In this document: piece after piece, positions 19,640 through 29,027 of the stretch
Numbering within the stretch: the first letter of the stretch is position 1
Layout of the letters: each line of letters starts with the position of its first letter
Virus record (IMG/VR): IMGVR_UViG_3300042258_000071
Span: 64,001 to 128,000 of that record
Direction: 5' to 3' (one strand)
DNA: 64,000 nt
Origin: a virus
Taxonomy: Duplodnaviria > Caudoviricetes
The notes under the pieces: model-generated
What the model saw: the letters and a program-made list of their open reading frames with translations, nothing else
Databases searched by the model: none
Told to the model about the DNA's origin: nothing
Position numbers and translations under genes: made by a program

Positions 19640-21601
19640 TTAAGTATTGTCACTCACATCATGACTGTTTAAGAAGGTAGTTGTTGATAAGTATTTAGGA
19701 ATGAGTTCTTCAATACGTTTAAGAAGTTCATTATACCCGACAATAGGCTGCATTAGCAACCCTTGATAGTGTCCAGCTGTGATTACAGCTCTAACACTTT
19801 CTTTATCAGACAAGGTTCTCATCTCATTAAGATCGATGTCATACACATTTTGGTAATAAGCATTCGTACCTTCAGACGTATGAGAGGGTAGAGTCTCACC
19901 TGTAATGACTGTTAAGATGTCTTGAAGACAAGTCTGAAGAATACTTGCAATGTAAATCTCAAGATCAGAATGAGGTGTTAGAGTTATATCGTTACAAATG
20001 CGTTCGATCTTAGAAAGTCCATCAAACACGATACCATTGTTAAGAGCAGACACAGCAGCCCCATAAGCATCATCAACAACGGAGAGCATCGCACGTGCGC
20101 TGTGTGTCGATCCTCCGATCTGAAGATTGATTTGTTTACGGCAAATCATGTATCGATACAGTACAAGATAGTCCTGATATGCTGTAGCATCAAGAGAGGT
20201 AATCTCGTGCGTATTCATGTATTTATTAATTTGATCTGTAAGCTCTTTAATGGTTTCTTGATAGAGAGATGGTGCACTTTTAAGATTGACATACCAAGGG
20301 TTAAAAATAGGGTCATCACCTTTAGGGATCACGTTCCAAAAATCTAAGATTCGTCTCCCATAATAGTGCACTTTTACATCTTTAATAACGTCATTTTCAA
20401 GTGATCCGGGTAGGTACCTTACCTCCCCATTTCTAGCTAGAATGCGCAGCCCCCTTAGGTGGAGACGTTGAGAGGCCTCACCCCCTCTAAGGAGGTTAAT
20501 AAGGACGATCTGGCGATACCCTTTTTCTAGTAAGATTTTATTGTATTCTAAAATATTAGAAAGGAGAGATGAAGATTCCACCTTAGATGCTAGGATAACA
20601 AGATCCTTATTTACTTTAAAGAAGGTATCTAATTTTTCAACCTTCTTTTTAGATAATGCATAGTTTTCAAGGATACGCTGTTTATGATCCTCATCTTCTG
20701 CATTTTCAAGAGTATATTCTAAATTAAAAGCATTAAAGGTTAGAAGTGTTTTAAGAGCCGAGTTGATGTCATCATGAAGAGAAGCATATCCGGTTAGAGG
20801 ATCTTCTGACACCAAAAGATCTACAGTGTCTTTTTCATATTCAGTTTTAAAGAGATCATTGCAGACACCGGGTGTTGACAGGAATACCTCAAAAGAAAAT
20901 TCAGCATCCTCAACAACTTCAAAAGCGATATCACTCTCTTGTGACTTGACATCTCGGACATACTGTCCAAAGAGTTTCTCAACAGGTACTTTTTCAACAA
21001 TCTCAGAAATGGCTGTTGCCAGTTCCGTATTCCCTTTTGATGCAATGTATGCTTGGACATACGCATACAGTTTGCGAACATCATTTAAGGGAATGTCGAG
21101 ATCGTTCGTAAGTTCTTCTGGCGTGAAAGAACATTCATTAAGACGTTCTTTAATTTCACCAAGGCAACTGTGAAATGCACTTTCAATTTGTTTGTAAGAA
21201 TAGTTGTTCTCAAAAGCTGACCAGTCTTCACTCATCACTTTACGAAGAATGGATGTAAACAACATCATCGACGTCGTCGTACCATCATGGCAGACATTAT
21301 CAACACGCGTTCCAACGTATGCAATAGAAGACTTAAGACTGTCTTCAAGACTATCTTTCTTAAACTTAAGATGACGAACAATGGAGATACCATCTTTAGA
21401 AAATGTCATATCCGTCATCTCCCCTGTATGGGAGAGAGATGGCCATGCAGCGTGAGATGCGCGGGGACCACAATGACGTTTTAAAACGTCATACACAGTG
21501 TCACACACATCTTTAACAGTTTTTTTATATTTAGTGGTGCTGATCTCGTTTAGCAGCATTTTTCTTCTTATCCTCTTTGGGTTTCTTGTTATAGATTTCA
21601 T
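19640..21601 (-). CDS. groEL: Divergent GroEL/Cpn60-like chaperonin
   Basis: Collinear equatorial and intermediate motifs: HCGPRA (TLGPKG), FSKDGISIV (ITKDGVSV), HDGTTTS (GDGTTTA), IGGST...VVDDAYGAAVSALNNGIV (VEDALHATRAAVEEGVV), LMQP...YLST (ILDP...MITT). Confidence 0.8.
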   Translation of the reverse strand: MKSITRNPKRIRRKMLLNEISTTKYKKTVKDVCDTVYDVLKRHCGPRASHAAWPSLSHTGEMTDMTFSKDGISIVRHLKFKKDSLEDSLKSSIAYVGTRVDNVCHDGTTTSMMLFTSILRKVMSEDWSAFENNYSYKQIESAFHSCLGEIKERLNECSFTPEELTNDLDIPLNDVRKLYAYVQAYIASKGNTELATAISEIVEKVPVEKLFGQYVRDVKSQESDIAFEVVEDAEFSFEVFLSTPGVCNDLFKTEYEKDTVDLLVSEDPLTGYASLHDDINSALKTLLTFNAFNLEYTLENAEDEDHKQRILENYALSKKKVEKLDTFFKVNKDLVILASKVESSSLLSNILEYNKILLEKGYRQIVLINLLRGGEASQRLHLRGLRILARNGEVRYLPGSLENDVIKDVKVHYYGRRILDFWNVIPKGDDPIFNPWYVNLKSAPSLYQETIKELTDQINKYMNTHEITSLDATAYQDYLVLYRYMICRKQINLQIGGSTHSARAMLSVVDDAYGAAVSALNNGIVFDGLSKIERICNDITLTPHSDLEIYIASILQTCLQDILTVITGETLPSHTSEGTNAYYQNVYDIDLNEMRTLSDKESVRAVITAGHYQGLLMQPIVGYNELLKRIEELIPKYLSTTTFLNSHDVSDNT

Positions 21602-21983
21602 CTGGATGGAGATTGAAATATACAGTTATGAGCTCAAGGCATTTTGCCCGAGGGAGATTAATGATGTCATGAGGTGTCAGCATGAGTTTAGAACAAATGT
21701 TAGAAAAAGACAATTGTTCTAAAAGCTCTGCTTCTTCTTCTGCATATTTGTTTTTATAAGCATTTGTTTTGGACTTTAACACAGTGGCTAGGGGATGATC
21801 TGGAAGAGATGGTTTTAATCCTAAAAACTCTTGATTAAAATAATCAAGAGTATTTGATTGAACCAACTTAAGGTCCATCTCCTCTGAGGCATGAGCTGCA
21901 ATCTCTTCTAAGAGAGAAGATCGTTTGTCGAAGTAATATTGAATATCACTATCATTGACAAACGATCTCTCCTCAGATGTCAA
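21531..21983 (-). CDS. Hypothetical protein (possible baseplate/tail assembly factor)
   Basis: 150 aa between the CxxC baseplate-hub-like gene and the chaperonin. Confidence 0.4.
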   Translation of the reverse strand: MTSEERSFVNDSDIQYYFDKRSSLLEEIAAHASEEMDLKLVQSNTLDYFNQEFLGLKPSLPDHPLATVLKSKTNAYKNKYAEEEAELLEQLSFSNICSKLMLTPHDIINLPRAKCLELITVYFNLHPDEIYNKKPKEDKKKNAAKRDQHH

Positions 21984-21994
21984 ACGATCGCGTA

Positions 21995-23605
21995 TTATCC
22001 CCGATTTGATAGTTTGCTCATGCAGATCAAGAAAAAAGTGTCAAGAGGATCAATAATAAAATAACCTGTCCGTGTCTTTGGACTGTGACCACATTTAGGA
22101 CAATCCCAGGTTGGGACGCCAATGTGTGTAAGTTTATGGTCGTGGATCGCATCTAAAATTGCATTGATAACAATATTGTCTTCATCTTCAACTTGGATAC
22201 GATCAAGAGCAAGTTCTACATCTTCAGGGAGATCGATCTCAGCTGTCTTACCTTCTCCAAGTTTCAAATATACCTTAGAGACCCAAGGGGTAAACTGTTT
22301 AAGAGCACGACTTTTAATAGCCTGTTGAACAGTAGTTGGATCGTTATCTGTAAGATTAGAAGAAACCTCCCGAATGAAACGATCTCCACATTCATTGTAA
22401 TCATACCAACTTGGAGATTTCATAACGACAGTGAATCGTCCCCAAGTGATATGGTTATCCTCCCCATCAAGACCCCCATCAATAAAGGGTACGAGCTTCT
22501 GATACTCCGCAATCTGAGCTTGTGTAACCTCAAGTTTCATCGCGCGTTGCATGTGAGAGATAGCATCTGGAGATAGTTTTTCAAAACTATGAATGATACA
22601 TTCTCGAAGATCAATTGTTCCACTGACGATATGGTCACAATTCTTATCTGGATTAATACATGAGTACTGTGCAGCATCATATCCATCAGGATACATCATA
22701 GAAGCGAGGGCCATGAGGATCGTGTCATAATCTTCAACACGCACACTTTTAACAAGATTATCCCCCCGATCCCAGGACTTCAATGTGGATCCAACAACAT
22801 GTGACCGCCAAAGTTTCATAGCGGCATGTTTTAGAAAATAATCGATATATGTAAAGAAGAATGCACCATAAGAACGTCCGATCGATTGTACATTAGAATA
22901 TGCACTATCTACGTAATTGCGTAATGACGATAATGATGGAGATATGAGATCTATGCAAAATCCACTATTAAGAAGCGGGACCCTAAGAGTTGATCCCTTC
23001 TTAGACGTATCTTGCAGGGCAATAAGAGCGTCAATGCCCGTTACTTTAGTAATACCTTCCCCCAACTCTTTAAACTTAGGTTTGGCAAGTCCGATGGTCT
23101 TACGACCTTCTTTATTAACGTAACTCGATGATAATTTACGATCATTCTTCTTTGCAAGACCGATGCGTGTTGCCCGGGATAAAATTTCAGGGGTTTCAGT
23201 GCACATGCGGGCTAAGATATTGTCATAAGATCCGTTCTTAGAGGACTCCAATTCAAAGGCACTCTCTGAATTAAAGTAATCAATTCTTCGCTCTAAACAG
23301 GTGAGAAGAACTTCTTTCTCAAACCCAAATACTGGAATAAATATTCCAACATCATGATCATCGTCAAATAACCCTGAGGTCTCCTCATCCGTAGGAGTGT
23401 CCTCATTGTAGTCAAGGTCAATATCAAGCTCCTGATCTTTATGTGAAGCAGTTTCAGGTTCAACCTTTTTAGTATCAAGGGGTTCTAACGGATCTGACTG
23501 CTTCTCTTTAGGAGGCTCAGATGGAACAGTCGTATCTTTAAGAATGTCTTCATCATGAGAAGATACTGAGTGATCTTCTGGTACAGGCGTGTCTTCATGA
23601 GACAT
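21995..23605 (-). CDS. Baseplate hub assembly-like protein (T4 gp26-like / phiKZ-family conserved)
   Basis: Acidic N-terminus, PLLNSGF, YPDGY...C-x6-C, and C-terminal CPKCGH...IDPLDTFF. Confidence 0.5.
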   Translation of the reverse strand: MSHEDTPVPEDHSVSSHDEDILKDTTVPSEPPKEKQSDPLEPLDTKKVEPETASHKDQELDIDLDYNEDTPTDEETSGLFDDDHDVGIFIPVFGFEKEVLLTCLERRIDYFNSESAFELESSKNGSYDNILARMCTETPEILSRATRIGLAKKNDRKLSSSYVNKEGRKTIGLAKPKFKELGEGITKVTGIDALIALQDTSKKGSTLRVPLLNSGFCIDLISPSLSSLRNYVDSAYSNVQSIGRSYGAFFFTYIDYFLKHAAMKLWRSHVVGSTLKSWDRGDNLVKSVRVEDYDTILMALASMMYPDGYDAAQYSCINPDKNCDHIVSGTIDLRECIIHSFEKLSPDAISHMQRAMKLEVTQAQIAEYQKLVPFIDGGLDGEDNHITWGRFTVVMKSPSWYDYNECGDRFIREVSSNLTDNDPTTVQQAIKSRALKQFTPWVSKVYLKLGEGKTAEIDLPEDVELALDRIQVEDEDNIVINAILDAIHDHKLTHIGVPTWDCPKCGHSPKTRTGYFIIDPLDTFFLICMSKLSNRG

Positions 23606-24476
23606 TTGATGTGTCCTTTTCTTTGGATTTTAATCTCTCGATATCTTTACGATATCGTTCATAGGAGAGATTGCCGAGTAGGAAGACATTAAGTCGCCCT
23701 GATAAAATTGAAAAACGAGGGTCTTCATAATACCCCCCATAGCAAATATCTGTTTGTTCAGATGGTGACCATATCTTTAATCCGAAAATATAATCGTTAC
23801 ACCCTTTTGGGATAACCTTTGTAGGAGTTAAAAGTTCATATCCTTTAGAGATTGTAAACTTTAAGGGGTGAGTGATAATCTTAGAAAGAGCAGTGTTCTT
23901 AAACGTATTCTCATCTAAATACATTTTAACCAGTGTATACTTTTGATATTTTTCAACATTAAAATTTAACATGGCCGACGTAGGAGAGTACACTCCTTTA
24001 ACAAGTACATCGGCCTGTTCACGAAGGCGGATGTATGTGAAATAGGTATCGATAGGGGACCAGATTATTTTTAAAGATTTTCCAGTTGCAGATACACATG
24101 TACAACTATGTGTTTTTTTATCTATATAGGGGTTAAAGCTTTTATCTATCTTCCATTTAAGAGCATTCGCAATTGATATGAGTTCTCTCAAATGTATAAC
24201 GCGGAGAGTTTTATCAAAAATGTTTAAATCAAAGCATTTAAAAAATTTTGTTAAAAGAGATAAATGCTTTTGAGACTTTATTGTAAGTACCCCACACGTA
24301 AGTTCTGCTTGTCCAAATTGAAAATCTTCTTCGATAAAATTGCCAACAAGAAACTGACCCTTCACATTTGTAAAGCCTTGATATAAATATCCCAGACGTC
24401 GGTCAGAAATACGTGTTAAGATTGCCTGTATCTCTTCAGATTCCTGCTTAGTAAATACCTCTGGCTCATCGGTCAT
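23595..24476 (-). CDS. Hypothetical protein
   Basis: 293 aa, translationally coupled to both neighbours. Confidence 0.5.
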   Translation of the reverse strand: MTDEPEVFTKQESEEIQAILTRISDRRLGYLYQGFTNVKGQFLVGNFIEEDFQFGQAELTCGVLTIKSQKHLSLLTKFFKCFDLNIFDKTLRVIHLRELISIANALKWKIDKSFNPYIDKKTHSCTCVSATGKSLKIIWSPIDTYFTYIRLREQADVLVKGVYSPTSAMLNFNVEKYQKYTLVKMYLDENTFKNTALSKIITHPLKFTISKGYELLTPTKVIPKGCNDYIFGLKIWSPSEQTDICYGGYYEDPRFSILSGRLNVFLLGNLSYERYRKDIERLKSKEKDTSNVS

Positions 24477-24739
24477 CCAACTTTCTTCTCCATGAGAAGT
24501 TTTGAAGCTTTAGACAGAACATTTTCTATACGGCGACTGAGACTGATAAGAGTCTGAGTGTCGATGGTTTTTGCAATATTACGTGTCATTACAATTGCTA
24601 AGATATCCGTGATTTCAGTATCAATATTCTTAGGGATCTTTTTGAGTTCTTTAAGAAGATTCTTACGTGCTAAAGTTAAAGCAGTTTTATACTGTGTGAT
24701 CTCTTCTTCAACAGATTGAGGGTGATTCATTTGATTCAT
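24473..24739 (-). CDS. Small hypothetical coiled-coil protein
   Basis: Probable ATG (MNQMNH) after GGAG. The stop overlaps the next gene (ATGA). Confidence 0.45.
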   Translation of the reverse strand: MNQMNHPQSVEEEITQYKTALTLARKNLLKELKKIPKNIDTEITDILAIVMTRNIAKTIDTQTLISLSRRIENVLSKASKLLMEKKVG

Positions 24740-24875
24740 CTTTGTAACTCCATGTAAATATGTCGGGTAACAACCTACCACAGGTAACTCTATAGAGTGA
24801 CATCATTTCTGGGAAAAGTATTATAATTAGGGCGCGAATCGTATAGAGATAATGGAGTAATAAAAAGGATTTTAA

Positions 24876-27059
24876 ATGTCAGAATCATCACTTTTTAAGA
24901 ATGATATTCATTCATATACCCCACATCGAGAAAAACCGACATCAGCATACGTTCGAAAGATGACAGATTACCTTCAACGGAAGTATCCAGATGCTTCTAA
25001 TGACACTATTATTGCATTCGTTAGAAATCAAGTTATTAAAAACATTAAACGTCCTAAGGTTAAGCTTTTAACTCATCCAGTGTATGGGACGACAGTTGAG
25101 CGAGAAGGTGATCTTCTTACAATATTAGAGGATTATAAAACAGATATCATCACACCATCTGGGGCTATTTATATGCCCCCTTCTGAAAAGAAGTCTGTTA
25201 TTGCATCTATGATTGAATCTAAAATTGTAGAAAGAAACCTTTATAAAGGGGAAATGCTTGAAGCCCTCTCTATGGGAGATTCTGTTAGGGCCATTGTGGC
25301 AAAAAATTTACAAGCATCTGCTAAAATTTTCAACAATTCAATCCCAGGCGCTATGGGGACAATTTATAGTTTCTTATTTGATCTCCCAGGATACAATGCG
25401 ATCACATCCGTTGGACAACAAGGTGCAAAACTTGCCTATGCACACGCCGAGCGCATGTTGTGTGCAAATATGTATCTTAGCACTGTTGATGCTGTTATAA
25501 ACTTTATTCATACTTTAAGCTCTAAGACACCTTCAGATAAAGTTGATGCAGTAATTAAGATGTATAACCTTCATATTCCAACGTGTGAAGAAGTTACAAA
25601 TGATTTGTTGGAGTGCCTTAAGTTCTATCAGAACACAGAGAGCTGTTTTGATCCCATATTTGAATGTGTAAAAACTTTAACTGTTCAAGAGAGATGCTAC
25701 CTTACTTATGCATACTGCTACTGGAATTTCCTTAAATATAACAACACTTTTATGCGTAAGTTTTTTTCGAAGTTCTTTGATAGAAATGTTTTTATAGATA
25801 AAACCTGGGACCCTAAAGATATCTTTAAGGTAGAAGGGGACCTTTTGAATATGGCGATGTCTATAAATTTTGAACTGATTCATCATGTAGATATCGATGG
25901 TAAAAACAGTTCTAATCTTGGAAGTGCTATTGATATTGTACCGGAGGGTGTTTTAAATCTTTTAGCTATTTGTCGACATATGCAGAACTGTTTAACAAAT
26001 ATGACATCTCTGTTTACAACGTTCTTTAAAGTAGATTACACCTTTCCAGATGTATGGTCACATCCTAAAATTGTTCGTAAGTGTGTTGCAGTTTCTGATA
26101 CCGACTCTGTCATCTTTCAGACAAGTGATATCGTTAGATGGTACACTCCAGAAAAACATTTCTGTCAGAAAGCATATGACATTAATGCTTTTTCAGTATA
26201 CATGATCTCCCAAACACTTGAACATGTATTTGCGAGACTTGCAACTGCATTTGGAGCTGAGGGTAATGATCGTAAACTTATTAAAATGAAAAACGAATAT
26301 TACTTCCCTATCTTTATTCGAACAACTAAAGGTAAACATTATCTCGGACAGATCCGTATTCAGGAAGGTAAGATCTTGCCAAAACCTGAAAGAGATATTA
26401 AAGGTGTTGTCTTTAGAGGGTCGGATCTCCCTGCTGATGTTGGGAAACGATTTGAAAAATATTTTGATTGGATATGCGACACCCTTACAACGGGTGATGA
26501 AAAAATCAGTGTTAACGATCTCCTTTCCAGTGTTGTTGAATTCGAACTTCATATGTTCAAATCCTTAAGTGAAGGGAAGAAAGAATACCTTCCGACTGCA
26601 CAGGTTAGGGTTGAAAGTGAATACCCTAATCCTATCAGAACTAATTATTTTGCATATATGCTCTGGGAAGAAGTATTCCAAGATACATTTGGAGAATTCG
26701 TTATCCCAAACAAAGGGTACACCATTCCTCTTATCTCAAATAAAGTTCTCACCAATCCAGAATGGCAGGATAAATTAAGTAAAGTGGATCCTACACTTCC
26801 TCAGAAATTAAACACGTTCATTGCAAAGTATCCTTATCGTAAAATTAACAGTATTATTCTACCGCCATCTCTTCTAGAGGTCCCTGAAATCTTTAGACCC
26901 ATCATGGACATTCGAAAGCTGATCTTTACATGTACACGATCCTTTGCACTGTGCCTTAATCAATTTGGATTGTCCTTTAATGATACAAAAACTAAGTATC
27001 TCATATCAGATTTTATTAGTGACAGTGGTATGAATGCCAAAGATACCAAGAAATCCTAA
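24876..27059 (+). CDS. Family-B DNA polymerase, catalytic subunit (split phiKZ gp50-type)
   Basis: Motif B QASAKIFNNSIPGA, motif C VSDTDSVIF, MKNEYYF, KHY and IKGV. No exonuclease domain recognisable. Confidence 0.85.
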   Translation: MSESSLFKNDIHSYTPHREKPTSAYVRKMTDYLQRKYPDASNDTIIAFVRNQVIKNIKRPKVKLLTHPVYGTTVEREGDLLTILEDYKTDIITPSGAIYMPPSEKKSVIASMIESKIVERNLYKGEMLEALSMGDSVRAIVAKNLQASAKIFNNSIPGAMGTIYSFLFDLPGYNAITSVGQQGAKLAYAHAERMLCANMYLSTVDAVINFIHTLSSKTPSDKVDAVIKMYNLHIPTCEEVTNDLLECLKFYQNTESCFDPIFECVKTLTVQERCYLTYAYCYWNFLKYNNTFMRKFFSKFFDRNVFIDKTWDPKDIFKVEGDLLNMAMSINFELIHHVDIDGKNSSNLGSAIDIVPEGVLNLLAICRHMQNCLTNMTSLFTTFFKVDYTFPDVWSHPKIVRKCVAVSDTDSVIFQTSDIVRWYTPEKHFCQKAYDINAFSVYMISQTLEHVFARLATAFGAEGNDRKLIKMKNEYYFPIFIRTTKGKHYLGQIRIQEGKILPKPERDIKGVVFRGSDLPADVGKRFEKYFDWICDTLTTGDEKISVNDLLSSVVEFELHMFKSLSEGKKEYLPTAQVRVESEYPNPIRTNYFAYMLWEEVFQDTFGEFVIPNKGYTIPLISNKVLTNPEWQDKLSKVDPTLPQKLNTFIAKYPYRKINSIILPPSLLEVPEIFRPIMDIRKLIFTCTRSFALCLNQFGLSFNDTKTKYLISDFISDSGMNAKDTKKS

Positions 27060-27117
27060 CCTGTTTAAATTCAAATATGTTCAAGCTACCGACGTCTCTT
27101 AATGATAGACATGCAAA

Positions 27118-27150
27118 ATAAGAGGAGTGGGGATTCCCCACTCCTCTTAT
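27118..27150. terminator. Palindrome between the convergent DNA polymerase and RNase H genes
   Basis: ATAAGAGGAGTGGGGA-T-TCCCCACTCCTCTTAT. Confidence 0.8.
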
Positions 27151-27854
27151 GTCTTCGTTTTATTTCTAAGATAGGATGCATTTAACTTTTTAGATAGCGC
27201 ATCTGGTAGTTTTAAATTCACCACAGATTGCACTTTCTGTTTAATATCTGTAGTAATGACATTTTCTTTCTCAGGTCTTTTAAGTTTACCGCATTTCATA
27301 TCTAGAGTGAGTTGGGAGCAGATTTTGTCAACTGAATCATTATACCGATTTTCACCTGTATGAGATTTTATATGGAAAGCTCTAATCATGAATTTATTCT
27401 TAAGCTCATAGAGCCGCTTCATAAGGTCCATGTTTTTGACTTTTCCACCAGAAGCAGTTCTCCAATTGGATCCTTTCCAATAGTTGATCCACACCATGAT
27501 CGACATAACTGCATACAAACTATCACTTACAATAACAATTTTCGCAACTGGATCTGGAATGGCCTCTAAGCCTTTAATGATAGCTGTAAGTTCCATACGT
27601 GAAATGGTCGTATCAAATTCATGTCCAGATAGAATTTCACGTTCATCATAATCACTATCTAAAATAATTGTTGCCCACGCTCCGTAACATGGAGGCCTAA
27701 ACGATCCATCGGTATAGATAGTGTACTGAGGAACATCATGCTTTTTAAGTTTACGAGAAGACACTTTAGATTTCTTAGGAACATTCTCAGAAGTCTTCTT
27801 TTTGGAAGTGCTAGCTCTCTTAGATACAGTTACAGTAGGAGGTATATGTGACAT
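27147..27854 (-). CDS. rnhA: Ribonuclease HI
   Basis: YTIYTDGS, TTISRMELTAII, SDSLYAV, W...NWRT...VKNMDL, HIKSHTG...NDSVD. Confidence 0.9.
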   Translation of the reverse strand: MSHIPPTVTVSKRASTSKKKTSENVPKKSKVSSRKLKKHDVPQYTIYTDGSFRPPCYGAWATIILDSDYDEREILSGHEFDTTISRMELTAIIKGLEAIPDPVAKIVIVSDSLYAVMSIMVWINYWKGSNWRTASGGKVKNMDLMKRLYELKNKFMIRAFHIKSHTGENRYNDSVDKICSQLTLDMKCGKLKRPEKENVITTDIKQKVQSVVNLKLPDALSKKLNASYLRNKTKT

Positions 27855-27948
27855 GTAAGTCTCCTTTAAACACCACGGTTAGATCGTCTTTATTATACTT
27901 TTACAGGTATATCTAAACTTATAAATCTGTTGTTCATCCATATTCAGA

Positions 27949-27958
27949 TATACATTAC
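27949..27958 (+). promoter_or_regulatory. Early-type promoter motif TATACATTAC
   Basis: Upstream of the 28045 ORF / peptide / structured-RNA unit. Confidence 0.5.
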
Positions 27959-28044
27959 TGATATGATTGAACTGTAATATGTTTCAATTAACACTGGTAG
28001 TGTACACCATCAGTGCACTATCACCATCCTGAAGGAGCCCAGCT

Positions 28045-28347
28045 ATGACTGATACTAATACCACCAAGAACCCAAGCACAGATACAGATACCGCACACCC
28101 ACCGGCGTTGGACGATCTGTCCTTTTTGTATACCACTACGGCCGGTGAAGGTGACAACATTGTCACCTTCAAAGAACAAGACTTTTTCAAGTTTCGGCAG
28201 GAACTTGAAGCGTCTGCCGCCAGACGTGGCGTTTGGAAAGGTGCCGGTATTACTCTCGCCACCGTTGCGGTGGTCGGGGCCGCTCTATGGGCGATCCCAA
28301 AAATGGTAGGTGGTGGGGGTGGAGACACCTCCCCTGCTGAAGTCTAA
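28045..28347 (+). CDS. Small C-terminally anchored membrane protein (early)
   Basis: Strong RBS AAGGAG. TM segment GAGITLATVAVVGAALWAI. TATACATTAC at 27949. Confidence 0.7.
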   Translation: MTDTNTTKNPSTDTDTAHPPALDDLSFLYTTTAGEGDNIVTFKEQDFFKFRQELEASAARRGVWKGAGITLATVAVVGAALWAIPKMVGGGGGDTSPAEV

Positions 28348-28353
28348 CAACTC

Positions 28354-28390
28354 AAGATAACCACGGAGGGTTACCCTCCGTGGTTATCTT
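28354..28390. terminator. Intergenic palindrome
   Basis: AAGATAACCACGGAGGG-TTA-CCCTCCGTGGTTATCTT. Confidence 0.7.
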
Positions 28391-28415
28391 CTTTAACCTC
28401 AAACACAGGTGCCCC

Positions 28416-28499
28416 ATGGCAAACTTCATCTATTTTATATTTGCAGTGATAGGTTTGATATACGTATTTCATCTGGCTTTTCGCGGCAGAAATATGTAA
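28416..28499 (+). CDS. Unannotated 27-aa hydrophobic peptide MANFIYFIFAVIGLIYVFHLAFRGRNM
   Basis: ATG 28416 preceded by ACAGGTG. One TM helix with a basic tail. Below the ORF-track length cutoff. Confidence 0.5.
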   Translation: MANFIYFIFAVIGLIYVFHLAFRGRNM

Positions 28500-28517
28500 T
28501 GCCCTTAATATTATTAA

Positions 28518-28948
28518 GCACATACAGGTCATCATCTTCATCCTGTATGTGCGTGACTTATACACATATACTTTTTGATTTTATAAAAGTATATCTTTAT
28601 ATGTCTCAAGCTTAAGTATATCAGAATTCATGTTGCCTTAGATCCCTGTTAAGTGCTACGAATAGGGTCTCCCGTATGTCATATACAGGGTATGAGTGTA
28701 ACATGAATAGGAGAGGGGTGTTTGGAGTTTGAGATCCCAGACATGCTTCTCTTAAGATTTCTATGATGTGGGCTAGTCAGGTATGCGCCCTTTCCATAGA
28801 AATCTACGAGGACTGGAGGTGATATGATGAAGGTCATCTCCAGTCCTCACCCTATACTTGTTGTTCACTCAACAAGGAAACTCGAAGAGAGATACATCCA
28901 GGTGTCGTTCCCCCAGAACCCATGGATGTGTCTCTCTTCTTTTTTTTT
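28518..28948 (+). ncRNA. Candidate highly structured non-coding RNA (tandem stem-loop array)
   Basis: Eight consecutive stems read by eye, several with G-U pairs on the + strand. The tract ends in a stem plus a long T-run. No credible ORF. Confidence 0.55.
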
Positions 28949-28968
28949 GTAAATAATTTAATAGGTAG

Positions 28969-29004
28969 AGATAAGAGAGGTGGGATCTCCCACCTCTCTT
29001 ATCT
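28969..29004. terminator. Palindrome at the end of the lysis cassette
   Basis: AGATAAGAGAGGTGGGA-TC-TCCCACCTCTCTTATCT followed by a T-run. Confidence 0.8.
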
Positions 29005-29027
29005 TATTTTTTTTTATGGTAAAGAAT

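Noticed and set aside
24876-27059. Truncated or pseudogenised DNA polymerase
   Set aside because: A split family-B polymerase with the exonuclease part in a separate gene is normal for phiKZ-like phages.
27984-28328. 114-aa minus-strand ORF and the many other 60-190-aa nested or antisense ORFs
   Set aside because: They are shadows of longer ORFs that have RBSs and recognisable motifs. Only the spanin overlap is supported.
28371-28615. ORF-track calls 28409-28615 (+) and 28371-28565 (-)
   Set aside because: No convincing RBS, they run through stable hairpins, and the composition is atypical. The 27-aa frame is better supported.
28518-28948. CRISPR array, TIGR-like guide array, tRNA cluster or tmRNA
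   Set aside because: No periodic direct repeats, cloverleaf, TTC-loop or tag ORF, and no adjacent effector gene. One AUGAUGA (box C-like) word is insufficient.
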